This document shows positions 44,907-54,475 of a stretch of 64,000 nt of DNA, in pieces (position 1 is the first letter of the stretch; each line of letters opens with the position of its first letter). The stretch is taken from contig OY969927.1 in NCBI GenBank assembly GCA_963704655.1, forward strand, positions 96,001-160,000, given 5' to 3'. The notes below the pieces were generated by a model that did no database searches, was not told the origin of the DNA, and saw only the letters and a program-made list of their open reading frames with translations. The translations under genes and the position numbers were made by a program. The DNA comes from an uncultured Candidatus Babeliaceae bacterium (GTDB taxonomy: Bacteria > Babelota > Babeliae > Babelales > Babelaceae).

Positions 44907-45794
44907 TTACATAATATGTATGCCGGAGCTCTCGTCATAAGAAAATTCAAAATGTCCACTTCCTGCCGGGCACGTCACGCGGCACTTAAAGGTTTGTGTA
45001 TAAAAATCTTGTCCAGAACGTGACGGCGGTAATGCGATCTTTTTAATGCTTTGCAATAAATGTGCAATATGTTCATCTAACGCTGGTGTGCCAGTTGATT
45101 TTAAAATTTCAACAGCAACAATTTCACCTTTTTGATTAATCACAATTGAGGTGATAATAGTTGAGTCTACAGGAACGGGTGAAAAATAATCTTTTTTATT
45201 CAGGCTGCAGGCGATTTTTAATGCAGAAAATATCTTATTACGAAGCCTGCCATCGGTAATTTCACGCATTTGTGCAGCAACACCGTTTTTTATAGCCTGT
45301 TCTTTGGTGTACACCGCATGGGCATGTCGTTTTGCAGCCTGCTGTTTTGAAATTGCATCCATAAAACTTGCTGCAGTAAGCGGTTTATCTTTTTGTTCAT
45401 CGGTTGGCGCCGCTGTCTTTTTTGTCCACGAAGATCGCCGTTCTTCTGCCGTGCGGCCCTTACGTAATGGGCTCACTTCAGCTGGCATTTCTATCTCGCG
45501 CGGCGCTTCAACTACTGGAGCAACTTCTTGAAACGGAATTTCAGAATATTCTTGTGTTTGTGCAGCACTTGGTTGTTGTATCGGTTGTTCATACACTGTT
45601 TGGCTCGGTGCTGGCGCCTGCGCAGTTGTTGATGGCGCTTTATACCAGACAACGCGTTTTTCTCTGCCACCTAACGGATAATCGACATGGGAAGTTTTTA
45701 AAATATACAGCAGGCAAAAGCCGATCAGCAGATGAAAAATAAGGGTGACAGCCCAACTGATATAGGCGCTATGTACTTCAAGCACTTTAAACAT
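44907..45794 (-). CDS. TonB/TolA-like energy transducer
   Basis: N-terminal TM helix with His (IFHLLI), Pro/Gln-rich linker, TonB_C-like INQKGEIVAVEILKSTGTPALD. Confidence 0.65.
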   Translation of the reverse strand: MFKVLEVHSAYISWAVTLIFHLLIGFCLLYILKTSHVDYPLGGREKRVVWYKAPSTTAQAPAPSQTVYEQPIQQPSAAQTQEYSEIPFQEVAPVVEAPREIEMPAEVSPLRKGRTAEERRSSWTKKTAAPTDEQKDKPLTAASFMDAISKQQAAKRHAHAVYTKEQAIKNGVAAQMREITDGRLRNKIFSALKIACSLNKKDYFSPVPVDSTIITSIVINQKGEIVAVEILKSTGTPALDEHIAHLLQSIKKIALPPSRSGQDFYTQTFKCRVTCPAGSGHFEFSYDESSGIHIM

Positions 45795-45874
45795 GATCTT
45801 GCCTTTACTCGATACTACTTTGTGAAAGTATAGCCTAAGTTGTAATTGATGCACGAGGATATTTTTCTTTTACT

Positions 45875-45916
45875 CCGCTCACCCAGAGCGGAGGCTGAAA
45901 GCCGAAGTCGAAGGGT
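45875..45916. repeat. REP-like element (CCGCTCA...GTCGAAGGG family B)
   Basis: Shares its ends with elements at ~1846-1865, 48074-48101 and 54387-54433. Confidence 0.6.
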
Positions 45917-45945
45917 TGGGGATATAAGAAACTGATCGGGTGGAT

Positions 45946-46449
45946 TTAAAATAATTTTTTAGCTTGAGTGATATTGATAGAGGGTTGAATTTCAAAAAAA
46001 TAAAGTAGTTGCCAGGCTCGTGTTTTCTTGGCCTGTAGGCTGTCAGTTATATCCCATGGCGGGTATACACGCATTGCACGCTTGCCGCCTTTACCTTCTT
46101 TTGATACAAACCCTTTTTCATAGAGTATTTTTTGGGGAAAAACAAATTGACCAAAATGCTCAGCGCTGCGGACACTTACTATAAATAGATCAATAGGATC
46201 TGTTATATCGAAAGGTATAATAGGCTCGCTGCCAATTCGTTTCCATAACGTAACAAATTGCCCAATTTTTGTCGGAGTAATTTTTGCTACTCGAAACTTT
46301 ATAACTTTATTATTCATTTCAAACTCACATGCGCCATATTCCGGACTTTCTGCTTCTTGCATTACCTTTTTACACGTAAATCCGCTTGGTTCATATGCAA
46401 GCTTTTGGGCTGCTAAAAGATCAGGGTGAATGGTGGGATAAGTTTTCAT
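45946..46449 (-). CDS. MepB-family protein
   Basis: FRVAKITPTKIGQFVTLWKR, GQFVFP, GKRAMRVYPPW. Confidence 0.9.
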   Translation of the reverse strand: MKTYPTIHPDLLAAQKLAYEPSGFTCKKVMQEAESPEYGACEFEMNNKVIKFRVAKITPTKIGQFVTLWKRIGSEPIIPFDITDPIDLFIVSVRSAEHFGQFVFPQKILYEKGFVSKEGKGGKRAMRVYPPWDITDSLQAKKTRAWQLLYFFEIQPSINITQAKKLF

Positions 46450-46451
46450 GA

Positions 46452-46814
46452 TTAATGTATATTGCCCATTCGAACTATGCGAACTGATTGTTCTGTGACC
46501 ACAATAAAATTATTTTGAATTTGATCTGCATAATGAGTCAAGATTTTTTCTAAAATATTAATTTTATGTTTTGGTTGCCAATTAAATAAGCGTAATAAAA
46601 TAATGCCGCAGTGGTTACTATTATTTCTAAATACAATATCTCCAAAATCTTTATCCATAGTTATTAGTACTCTATTTTCGAGTAATGCTTTCTGCAGTAC
46701 AATTACATCCGGTACGCCTGGAGAAAATTCTAGAATTGATGTAACATCATACCCCTGATCTTTCAACCATGCGGCGACCCCATGACCAACGCATTCATCA
46801 ACCAAGAATTTCAT
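46452..46814 (-). CDS. DUF5615 PIN-like protein (putative toxin)
   Basis: MKFLVDECV, LITMDKDFG, GIILLR. Confidence 0.88.
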   Translation of the reverse strand: MKFLVDECVGHGVAAWLKDQGYDVTSILEFSPGVPDVIVLQKALLENRVLITMDKDFGDIVFRNNSNHCGIILLRLFNWQPKHKINILEKILTHYADQIQNNFIVVTEQSVRIVRMGNIH

Positions 46815-47056
46815 AGAGTATTGCCAGATGAGATAGGTGCAAAAACAGAATTATCAAGAGCTTTTTGAGCAAACAGAAGACATGCATAAATATCTTCTTT
46901 TGTAATGTGCGGATATTCAGTAAGGATTTCTTCGATCGTGATTCCCTGAGCTAATAAACCCAAAATTTGTTGCACAGTTATACGAGTGCCTTTAATTATA
47001 GGTTTGCCGACCATAACTTTAGGGTCAATAATGATTTTACCTAAAAGATTTTTCAT
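46811..47056 (-). CDS. DUF433 protein (putative antitoxin)
   Basis: GKPIIKGTRITV, EILTEYPHIT; 4-bp overlap with the PIN gene. Confidence 0.92.
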   Translation of the reverse strand: MKNLLGKIIIDPKVMVGKPIIKGTRITVQQILGLLAQGITIEEILTEYPHITKEDIYACLLFAQKALDNSVFAPISSGNTL

Positions 47057-47077
47057 ACTATTCCTTTCATATTTTTT

Positions 47078-48052
47078 TTATATATCCTGAGATTTAATAA
47101 TCTGTACTTTGCGTTTTGTTTTTTGAATGCCCCAAGTTGAGGTAATCCAGTGGGTTTTTGATTCCGGTTGTTCAAAAAAGCGAGTAATCTCTGCAAAGAA
47201 TTTTTCAGTTGGCGTAAATTGCACCCCTGCGTGAATTATCCATAATAAAAGAATACGATGTTGTAAGACTGGGTCGAGTGTGAGAAACTTTTCACAAGCC
47301 AGCCAATTGTCTTGTACAAGATTGTTGTACTGTTCTTGTGCCGTTTTTTCGATATAGTTATCAGCTTGTTGCAGTTGTTCGATCGTGCGGACAAGATTTT
47401 CTGTAGCGCGTGCATCAAGGGCAGCATACGCTGGAATTAGCGTGTGACGAATGTTATTACGCAGAAAGTTTGTGTCTTTGTTTGTTTTGTCGACACAATA
47501 AGCGATATTGTTTTCTTGCAAAAAATTTAAAATCTCTGTTTTACTTGTTTCAAGTAACGGACGGATATAGTTGTCATAACGGGGTTTAATACTGGTGAGT
47601 CCCGTTAAACCTGATCCGCGAATAAGGCGGATAAAAAATGTTTCAATAAGATCATCCTGATGATGCGCAAGGGCAATAGCATCTGCGTGTTGCTCGTGTG
47701 CAAGATCTTGAAAAAATGCTCTTCGTGCATTACGGGCATCTTGTTCAGGTGAGCCCGATGGGCTCTTTGTTTGTTTAATATCACGTAAATGCTTTTGAAA
47801 ATAGGGGATATTACGTTCTGTGCATAAATTTTTGCAAAATTCTGCATCCTGTGGCGATTCTGTCCGCCAGCCATGATCAAGATGCGCCGCTATCAGTTTT
47901 AGATTATATTTTTTTTGGATATTCAAAAAAAAGTAGAGTAAAAAGACAGAGTCGGGGCCACCAGAAAGGCCGATAATAATAGTTTGATCGGGAGAAATAA
48001 GATTCTCCCGATTACAAAATTGTTCTATTTTGTTAAATAAGCTTAATTGCAT
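47078..48052 (-). CDS. tilS: tRNA(Ile)-lysidine synthetase
   Basis: SGGPDS, AHLDHGWR, AHHQDDLIET, IRPLL, RNNIRH. Confidence 0.95.
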   Translation of the reverse strand: MQLSLFNKIEQFCNRENLISPDQTIIIGLSGGPDSVFLLYFFLNIQKKYNLKLIAAHLDHGWRTESPQDAEFCKNLCTERNIPYFQKHLRDIKQTKSPSGSPEQDARNARRAFFQDLAHEQHADAIALAHHQDDLIETFFIRLIRGSGLTGLTSIKPRYDNYIRPLLETSKTEILNFLQENNIAYCVDKTNKDTNFLRNNIRHTLIPAYAALDARATENLVRTIEQLQQADNYIEKTAQEQYNNLVQDNWLACEKFLTLDPVLQHRILLLWIIHAGVQFTPTEKFFAEITRFFEQPESKTHWITSTWGIQKTKRKVQIIKSQDI

Positions 48053-48073
48053 ATGCTTCTCATGCCACCCGCT

Positions 48074-48200
48074 AACCCTTGCGTAAGCTCAGGATGAGCG
48101 GTAATACTACTTGCTCCGCCGAAGTGTCGGGATGAGCGAGTAGACTGGCCTGCCATCTGTAGCTTGCCAAGCCGGAAGGCATGGATAAGCGCAGGATGGT
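48074..48200. repeat. Cluster of REP-like elements (families A and B) downstream of gyrB
   Basis: 48141-48200 is the reverse complement of the element at 1775; GGATGAGCG motifs at 48074-48101 and 48127-48138. Confidence 0.8.
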
Positions 48201-50582
48201 TAAATATCAAGGTTTTTGACAAAGTGGCCATTCTCTTCGATAAATGATTTTCTGCCGGTAACATCATCACCCATAAGAGTGTCAAACCAAGCGTCAGCTT
48301 CTAATGCATCACCGATAGTTACTTGGAGTAACTGACGACGGGTGATGTCCATAGACGTTTCCCACAACTGTTCTGGGTTCATCTCTCCAAGACCTTTATA
48401 GCGTTGGATGGTCATGTATGGTTTGCTGATTTTTGAAATGGCAGTAATAAGTTCAAGGATGGAGTTACCTGAAATAGTTTTTTCTCTGTCAGATATAGCT
48501 AGTGTCCACGGGTTACTTAAAATAGCAACTTTTTGACGGGCATCTTCAAGCTTTTCTGTTTCAATGCTGGTGAAGAAGTCTGAAGCAACTTCCCATGGCT
48601 TATGCATATAGGTTAATACGATTTGATCAACTGGAATACCTTCAGTATGTCTAATGCTGATTTCATATTTAGGTAAAAATGCTCTTATTTTTTCAACAAG
48701 TTCTTGCGTAGTAAGCGTTTGACCACGAACTGCATTATAGGCAGACATAAGCATCATGATCTGTTCATAGTTTAATTTAAACTTGAACGAGATAATCTCA
48801 AGCTGTTCCTCAAAGAGTTTTACTAAATCAAGAATTGCATGCCATGCAGGAGTTTCAAGTGTTTTTGATTCTGCGATAAGTTTGGTATTTTCACGTGCCC
48901 ATTCGATTAAAAACTGCTTAAGGGCCTTTTCATCTTTAAGATATTGCTCTTTTTTACCGATCTTTGCTTTAAATAATGGCGGTTGCGCGATATAAAGATA
49001 CCCGGTTTCAACCAGTGGCTTCATATATCTATAAAAGAACGTTAATAAAAGGGTTCTGATATGTGAACCGTCAACGTCAGCATCGGTCATTAAGATAATT
49101 TTATGATAACGTGTTTTTTCTAGATTAAATTCGTCATTAGTCAACACCGCTGCCAATGGCTGCAATAAGTGATTTGATCTCTTCGTTTGCAAGAATTTTA
49201 TCTAAGCGTGCTTTTTCTACGTTTAAGATTTTACCGCGAATGGGCAAAATTGCTTGCGTAAATCTATCACGAGCTTGTTTTGCAGATCCGCCTGCAGAAT
49301 CACCTTCTACAATGAAAAGTTCGGTTTTAGATGGATCTTCTGTTGAGCAGTCTGCTAATTTACCCGGTAAAATAGTAGATTCAAGAACCGTTTTTCTGCG
49401 TGTTAATTCACGTGCTTTTTTTGCAGCATCGCGTGCACGCATGGCAAGTTCAGCTTTTTGTAAAATCTTACGTGCGATTTGAGGGTTTTCTTCAAAATAG
49501 GTATCAAGAAATGCAAAGACCCAAGATTCTACAAGGCCCTTAACTTCGCTATTGCCAAGTTTTGCTTTTGTTTGACCTTCAAATTGCGGCTCAGCAACTT
49601 TGATATTGATAACGCAGACAAGTCCTTCACGAACATCTTCACTTGAAAATGAGTCTGTGCCTTTAAGGATATTAAACTCTTGTGCGCGACGGTTACATGC
49701 TTTGGTTAATGCGCCTTTAAAGCCGGCAACGTGTGTACCGCCTTCAGTCGTGTTAATATTATTTACAAAAGAGTAAAGTTGTTCGCCATAACCTTCATTA
49801 TATTGTAAGGCAACCTCAAGAAGATTTTGTTCATCTTCTTTAAACATGTATAAGATATCTGGAAATATTGGCGTCTTTTTTGAATTAATATATTCAATAA
49901 AAGAAACAATACCGCCCTCAAAATAAAACTCATGGCTTTTGTTAGTGCGTTCATCAAAGATAGTAATGCGTAAGCCTTTGTTTAAAAACGCAAGTTCTCT
50001 AAGACGCGCAGAAAGAGTATCGAAATTAAATTCGACTGTTTCTTTAAATATTAAAGGATCGGGTTTAAAGCGAACAAATGTTCCACGTTTAGCGGTTGTT
50101 CCCGTTTCATGCAACAGATCAAGCGGATTTCCGCGGGCATAGTCCTGGTCAAAGATTTTGCCATTTCTAAAAATGGTAAGATGTAATGATTCAGAAAGTG
50201 CGTTAACTACCGAGACACCCACGCCATGTAGCCCGCCAGAAAACTTATAGGTATCTTTGTCAAACTTACCGCCGGCATGTAATTTAGTTAAGGCAACTTG
50301 TGCAGCAGATACGCCTTCTGTTGGGTGGATATCAGTTGGGATACCGCGGCCGTTATCTTCAACAGAGCAGCTACCATCTTCGTGTAATATCACGGTAACG
50401 GTGTTACAATAACCGGCAAGCGCTTCATCAACCGAGTTGTCTACGATTTCGTAAACAAGGTGATGTAGGCCTTGCGGTCCGGTGGAACCGATATACATAG
50501 CAGGACGTTTACGTACCGCTTCTAAACCTTCTATAACACGAATCGACTGTGCTGAATATTCTTTTTCGTTCGGGTTGGACAT
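48200..50582 (-). CDS. gyrB: DNA gyrase subunit B with one frameshift near 49140 (probable error)
   Basis: EAVRKRPAMYIG, LHAGGKF, IVEGDSAGG, MTDADVDGSHI, QRYKGLGEMN; removing one base at ~49140 gives GVDNDEF in frame. Confidence 0.95.
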
Positions 50583-50710
50583 GGCGGTGCCTCCTTAAGA
50601 CTAAAACTTGAGCATGGAATAATTTTTGTTTAAGCTACTATATTTGTATGCTTATTTACTAGTATTTAAGTATACTCTATACTACAGTTTTTTCTATGGC
50701 AGCCTTGCGT

Positions 50711-50927
50711 GTGTCATCCTGATAGTTCGAAAAATTCACTACTAAAGACCCGCCTGTCAGCCGCCGCTCGTGATGAGTACTTCGACTTTGCTCAGCATGA
50801 ACCCAGCGGAGCCTGCCCTCCGTAGCCCTTCGGCAAGCTCAGGAGTAAACCCGAGGCGTAGGCTGGGTCGAATTCATGGAGAAGGCTGGGAACTCGTTGG
50901 TGTGCCAGCGCACTGCTTTAGGATCTC
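50711..50927. repeat. GC-rich cluster of nested palindromic/REP-like motifs
   Basis: GTGTCATCCTGA...AGGATCTC ends enclosing CTTCGACTTTGCTCAG, CCTGCCCTCCGTAGC and CCCTTCGGCAAGCTCAGG, which are related to the other intergenic repeats. Confidence 0.55.
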
Positions 50928-50954
50928 TTGCGCTAGCAAACCGACTCTTATTTT

Positions 50955-51380
50955 CTATGGTAGTTTAATCAGGTTTAATATGGTGCCCATTACATGCTGA
51001 TGCTTAATTACATCATTGCAGATTAGTTGTGCTAAGATTCTGTTGTACTGGTGGGTGGTTTTATTGCGAGCATCGGCTAACTGCATAAGCTCATTAACAA
51101 GATCTTCTGGTAGTAACTTATATTTATAGCAGGCACGGAATGTTTCTCTTGGAGAAGCCACCTCAATCTCGTGACGCGCTTCAAGATATTGTTTTAAAAA
51201 TTTCCAGAGCGTCTCGTAGGCAAGTTCGAAATGTTGAATAACTCCAGAAGAAAGCAGATCTGCAACATCGCTGTCGTCGCCTTCTTTTTCCATAAGCCTC
51301 TGTTGAGTTTTTATGGCTCGACTAAGTGCTTCATAAGCTTGATGAAAATTTATATATTTTTTATCAAGATCATTTACCAT
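50955..51380 (-). CDS. HEPN-domain protein (HI0074-like; putative toxin)
   Basis: GVIQHFELAYE, SPRETFR, RNKTTH (Rx4H). Confidence 0.9.
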   Translation of the reverse strand: MVNDLDKKYINFHQAYEALSRAIKTQQRLMEKEGDDSDVADLLSSGVIQHFELAYETLWKFLKQYLEARHEIEVASPRETFRACYKYKLLPEDLVNELMQLADARNKTTHQYNRILAQLICNDVIKHQHVMGTILNLIKLP

Positions 51381-51658
51381 AAAATTCCCGTCAGGATAAT
51401 GTGATCCTTCATGTCTTTGTCAACTGCCTGGAGATCTATGAGATCTACCTCTTGCGCCATGGGCAATGCATTAAGCAAATTCCAGAGAAATTGCTGTTCA
51501 TGTATATCTAATCTAAAGCCAACGTCGATGGCGATATCGACATCTGAACCAAGTTTGTTTCTATTTTGGGCATAAGAGCCGAAAAGATAAATCGCAGCTT
51601 GTGGGTAGAAAGCTCTGATTATTTTTATAATGGCGTCTTTTTGTGGAGTTTCTGACAT
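51374..51658 (-). CDS. Minimal nucleotidyltransferase (MNT; putative antitoxin)
   Basis: LFGSYA...SDVDIA...VDLID. Confidence 0.9.
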   Translation of the reverse strand: MSETPQKDAIIKIIRAFYPQAAIYLFGSYAQNRNKLGSDVDIAIDVGFRLDIHEQQFLWNLLNALPMAQEVDLIDLQAVDKDMKDHIILTGILW

Positions 51659-51741
51659 ACTTTTTATAGGTTAAAGTGTTTTTTACATGATATCTTATTT
51701 TATACTGAGTAAGCAAATATTTATTATTGAAGGGGGCGCAT

Positions 51742-52155
51742 ATGATTTATGCCATTGCTTTTTTATATTCAGGAAACTCTGTTCTTTTAGTTCGCCGCTG
51801 TAATGCTGCATATGGAAACTGTTTATACTCGCTTGTTGGTGGCAAGGTCGAGCCGGGCGAGTCTGGCATTCCTGCCCTTATCCGTGAAGTTAAAGAAGAA
51901 GTTGATATAGATCTTACCGAACATGATCTTGAATTTGTGCATGTGCTGCATAGAAAAGGAACAGAATCAGAATTTATCGCACTCTGTTTTAAAGCTGATA
52001 TTACGGGCAAGCCATTTAGAAATGTCGAGCCAGAAAAGCATGACGATATACAGCTTTTCCCTTTGGATAATCTGCCTGCAAATATTCTCCCTGCGCATAA
52101 GCAGATTATAGAAGCAATTTCTAAAAAACAGCTCTATTCTGAGCACGGCTGGTAA
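51742..52155 (+). CDS. NUDIX hydrolase
   Basis: Nudix box GGKVEPGESGIPALIREVKEEVDI; NVEPEKH. Confidence 0.92.
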   Translation: MIYAIAFLYSGNSVLLVRRCNAAYGNCLYSLVGGKVEPGESGIPALIREVKEEVDIDLTEHDLEFVHVLHRKGTESEFIALCFKADITGKPFRNVEPEKHDDIQLFPLDNLPANILPAHKQIIEAISKKQLYSEHGW

Positions 52156-52171
52156 ATAAAAAGGAGATTTT

Positions 52172-52618
52172 ATGAAAAAAATATTTTGTTTGATTTTTTT
52201 AATAACGCCACTTTTTGGTGGAATGAAAAAGTACAGTAGAGCATATCTTTATAGTATTAGGACTACTGTCGCAAGAGGCAAATCGCCGGATCAGGCTTTT
52301 GATTTCATATTATCTAAACTTTGGCTTCCCTCAGATGCAGATCACTATGAAAATATCCCTGAAGCTATTGTAGCATTGAAAGGTTTTAAAACTGTTGTTG
52401 AGGCGTATCGCCAAAAAAACGATAAAGCCCTTTGTTCCGATTTATCACATGGCGCAAAGCCCTTAAGCGATTCATTTGATCAAGTAAAAGAGTTAAAAGA
52501 TCCATTTGATAAGGTAGAGCGCTTAATAGATGGTATGAACTCTAAAAGGACATATCTCGAGTCTAAAAAAGAGTCTGAAAATGAATACGAAGGTTTTTTA
52601 AGTTGGCTTTTTAAGTAA
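52172..52618 (+). CDS. Exported hypothetical protein
   Basis: AAGGAG RBS; MKKIFCLIFLITPLFG signal peptide; amphipathic end GFLSWLFK. Confidence 0.8.
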   Translation: MKKIFCLIFLITPLFGGMKKYSRAYLYSIRTTVARGKSPDQAFDFILSKLWLPSDADHYENIPEAIVALKGFKTVVEAYRQKNDKALCSDLSHGAKPLSDSFDQVKELKDPFDKVERLIDGMNSKRTYLESKKESENEYEGFLSWLFK

Positions 52619-52646
52619 TTTACTCATGATCTTGGGGCTATTTTTA

Positions 52647-52679
52647 AAAAAACAGCTCTATTCTGAGCACGGCTGGTAA
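52647..52679 (+). repeat. Duplicated 3' end of the NUDIX gene (att-like; partner at 52123..52155)
   Basis: AAAAAACAGCTCTATTCTGAGCACGGCTGGTAA, 33/33 identical, including the stop codon. Confidence 0.92.
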
Positions 52680-52772
52680 TTTTTATAGCAAAAAGCTCTC
52701 TTTTCTTGTAAAGTATTCTTTCTTCAGGCAATACTTACTAAGTTACATAAAGCACGAAAGTTAAAAAAATAT

Positions 52773-53252
52773 ATGGCATTACTTAAAGAACAGCCCTTTT
52801 TTGAGCATGATCTAGAGTATATGAGGCAGGCATACGATCTTGCTTTAAAGGCATTCGAGCTGGGCGAGGTTCCCGTAGGTGCCGTTGTTGTAGATGCTAG
52901 TGGAAATATTCTTGGTCTTGGTTATAATAGAACCGAAATTGAAAAGTGCCAAAATGCCCATGCAGAGGCATTTGCCATAAAAAGTGCGTGTGAAAAGTTG
53001 CATGATTGGCGGCTTGAAGGTTGCACGCTTTATGTAACACTTCAACCTTGTATGATCTGTTACGGACTTTCTGCGCTCAGCAGGATTGAACGTATAGTAT
53101 ACGGTGCTGTTTCCCCTCTTTATGGGTTTCATATTGACACCAAAGATCTACCTGGGGTATACGTTAAGCACACTAAATTTTTTTCGTCAGGAGTGATGAA
53201 AGATGAAATTGAAGCGTTATTGAAGCAATTTTTCAAAGAGATGCGAAAATAA
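52773..53252 (+). CDS. tadA: tRNA adenosine(34) deaminase
   Basis: GEVPVGAVVV, AHAE, WRLEGCTLYVTLQPCMIC. Confidence 0.92.
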   Translation: MALLKEQPFFEHDLEYMRQAYDLALKAFELGEVPVGAVVVDASGNILGLGYNRTEIEKCQNAHAEAFAIKSACEKLHDWRLEGCTLYVTLQPCMICYGLSALSRIERIVYGAVSPLYGFHIDTKDLPGVYVKHTKFFSSGVMKDEIEALLKQFFKEMRK

Positions 53253-53264
53253 GCAGGAGAGAGT

Positions 53265-53603
53265 ATGAATAATAATTATGATAAAATGAAACAAAAGCTT
53301 TTGGAACGCAAAAAAGAGCTTGAAGAGCTTTTAAAAGGTCTCTCGGAAGAAAAAGTTACCGATACCGAAGTTCAAGATCCGGGTGACCAAGCCGCTGCTG
53401 CAACTTCTGAAGATATCATTATTTCTATTCAGGCTAATGAATATGAAGAATTTCGCATGATCACTAAGGCTTTAAAGGCCATAGAAGATGGTACGTATGG
53501 TGCGTGCATGGACTGTGGGAATCCAATAGCTGAAAAAAGGCTTTTGTTATACCCTAATGCTACCAGATGCATTACCTGTCAAGAGGCTGCTGAAGAGCGG
53601 TAA
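53265..53603 (+). CDS. DksA/TraR C4 zinc-finger protein
   Basis: Coiled coil with DPGD tip; YGACMDCG...RL...CITC. Confidence 0.9.
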   Translation: MNNNYDKMKQKLLERKKELEELLKGLSEEKVTDTEVQDPGDQAAAATSEDIIISIQANEYEEFRMITKALKAIEDGTYGACMDCGNPIAEKRLLLYPNATRCITCQEAAEER

Positions 53604-53686
53604 TCCAGCTTTTTATTGCTTAGGTGCCATAATAATAAAATGGGGGTTTGTAGAAAAAATCCATTCTGATATACTTGGAAGGTGTT

Positions 53687-53762
<76 letters not shown>

Positions 53763-53849
53763 GCCGTGTCCCCGATAGGGTGGAAGCGACGGTGAATGAG
53801 CCGATACAGCAGATGAAAAAGTATATGTTATAAGGACTAAATAAACCAT

Positions 53850-54377
53850 ATGAAAACAACAACCAAGCCATTGAGCAAAAGCTCAACACCAAAAGCGACC
53901 TCGGTAGCTCCTAAAGCTGCAGCTCAGCCTAAAGCTGTTGCAGTAAAAAAAGCACCTGCAGCGTCTGCAGCAAAAAAGAAAACTAATGCCCCAGTATCAC
54001 ACGGCGTTGGAAGACGTAAGTCTTCAGTTGCCCGTGTTTGGTTACGCACCGGCAAAGGTACATTTACGGTAAATGGAAAAGAAGTCCTTTCTTATTTTGA
54101 TACCGAAGTAAGCCGTGCAAGTGCATTAGCTCCGTGGACAATGTTGCCGCATTTAAGCAAAGAATTTGACATTGAAGTAAATGTTAACGGCGGTGGGATG
54201 AACTCTCAAGCTGATGCAGTTAAACTCGGTGTTGCGCGCGCTGTTATTGAAGTTCGTGACGATGCTCGTGAAATATTGCGTTCACAAGGATTATTGACGG
54301 TTGATTCGCGCATTAAGGAACGTAAAAAATACGGTCAAAAAGGCGCACGTCGTAAATTCCAATTTGTTAAACGTTAA
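53850..54377 (+). CDS. rpsI: 30S ribosomal protein S9 with Lys/Ala/Pro-rich N-terminal extension
   Basis: GRRKSSVARV, GGGMNSQADA, ERKKYGQKGARRKFQFVKR. Confidence 0.96.
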   Translation: MKTTTKPLSKSSTPKATSVAPKAAAQPKAVAVKKAPAASAAKKKTNAPVSHGVGRRKSSVARVWLRTGKGTFTVNGKEVLSYFDTEVSRASALAPWTMLPHLSKEFDIEVNVNGGGMNSQADAVKLGVARAVIEVRDDAREILRSQGLLTVDSRIKERKKYGQKGARRKFQFVKR

Positions 54378-54386
54378 TTTGGGCCA

Positions 54387-54433
54387 CCGCTCATCCCGAG
54401 TGTTTTGCGAAAGCAAAAATTATTGAGGGACGG
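54387..54433. repeat. REP-like element (family B)
   Basis: CCGCTCATCCCGAG...GAGGGACGG with inner TTTTGC-GAAA-GCAAAA hairpin. Confidence 0.55.
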
Positions 54434-54475
54434 ACTGGCGTCTTAATTGTAATAGAGTAGTAAAAAGGTTTTGAT

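Noticed and set aside
48043-48285. 80-aa ORF between gyrB and tilS (and the similar 50770..51000 ORF)
   Set aside because: They run through REP-like repeat DNA and overlap real genes; no RBS or homology evident.
49130-49195. Naturally split GyrB
   Set aside because: Removing a single extra base restores the frame, and the error type matches those in rpoBC.
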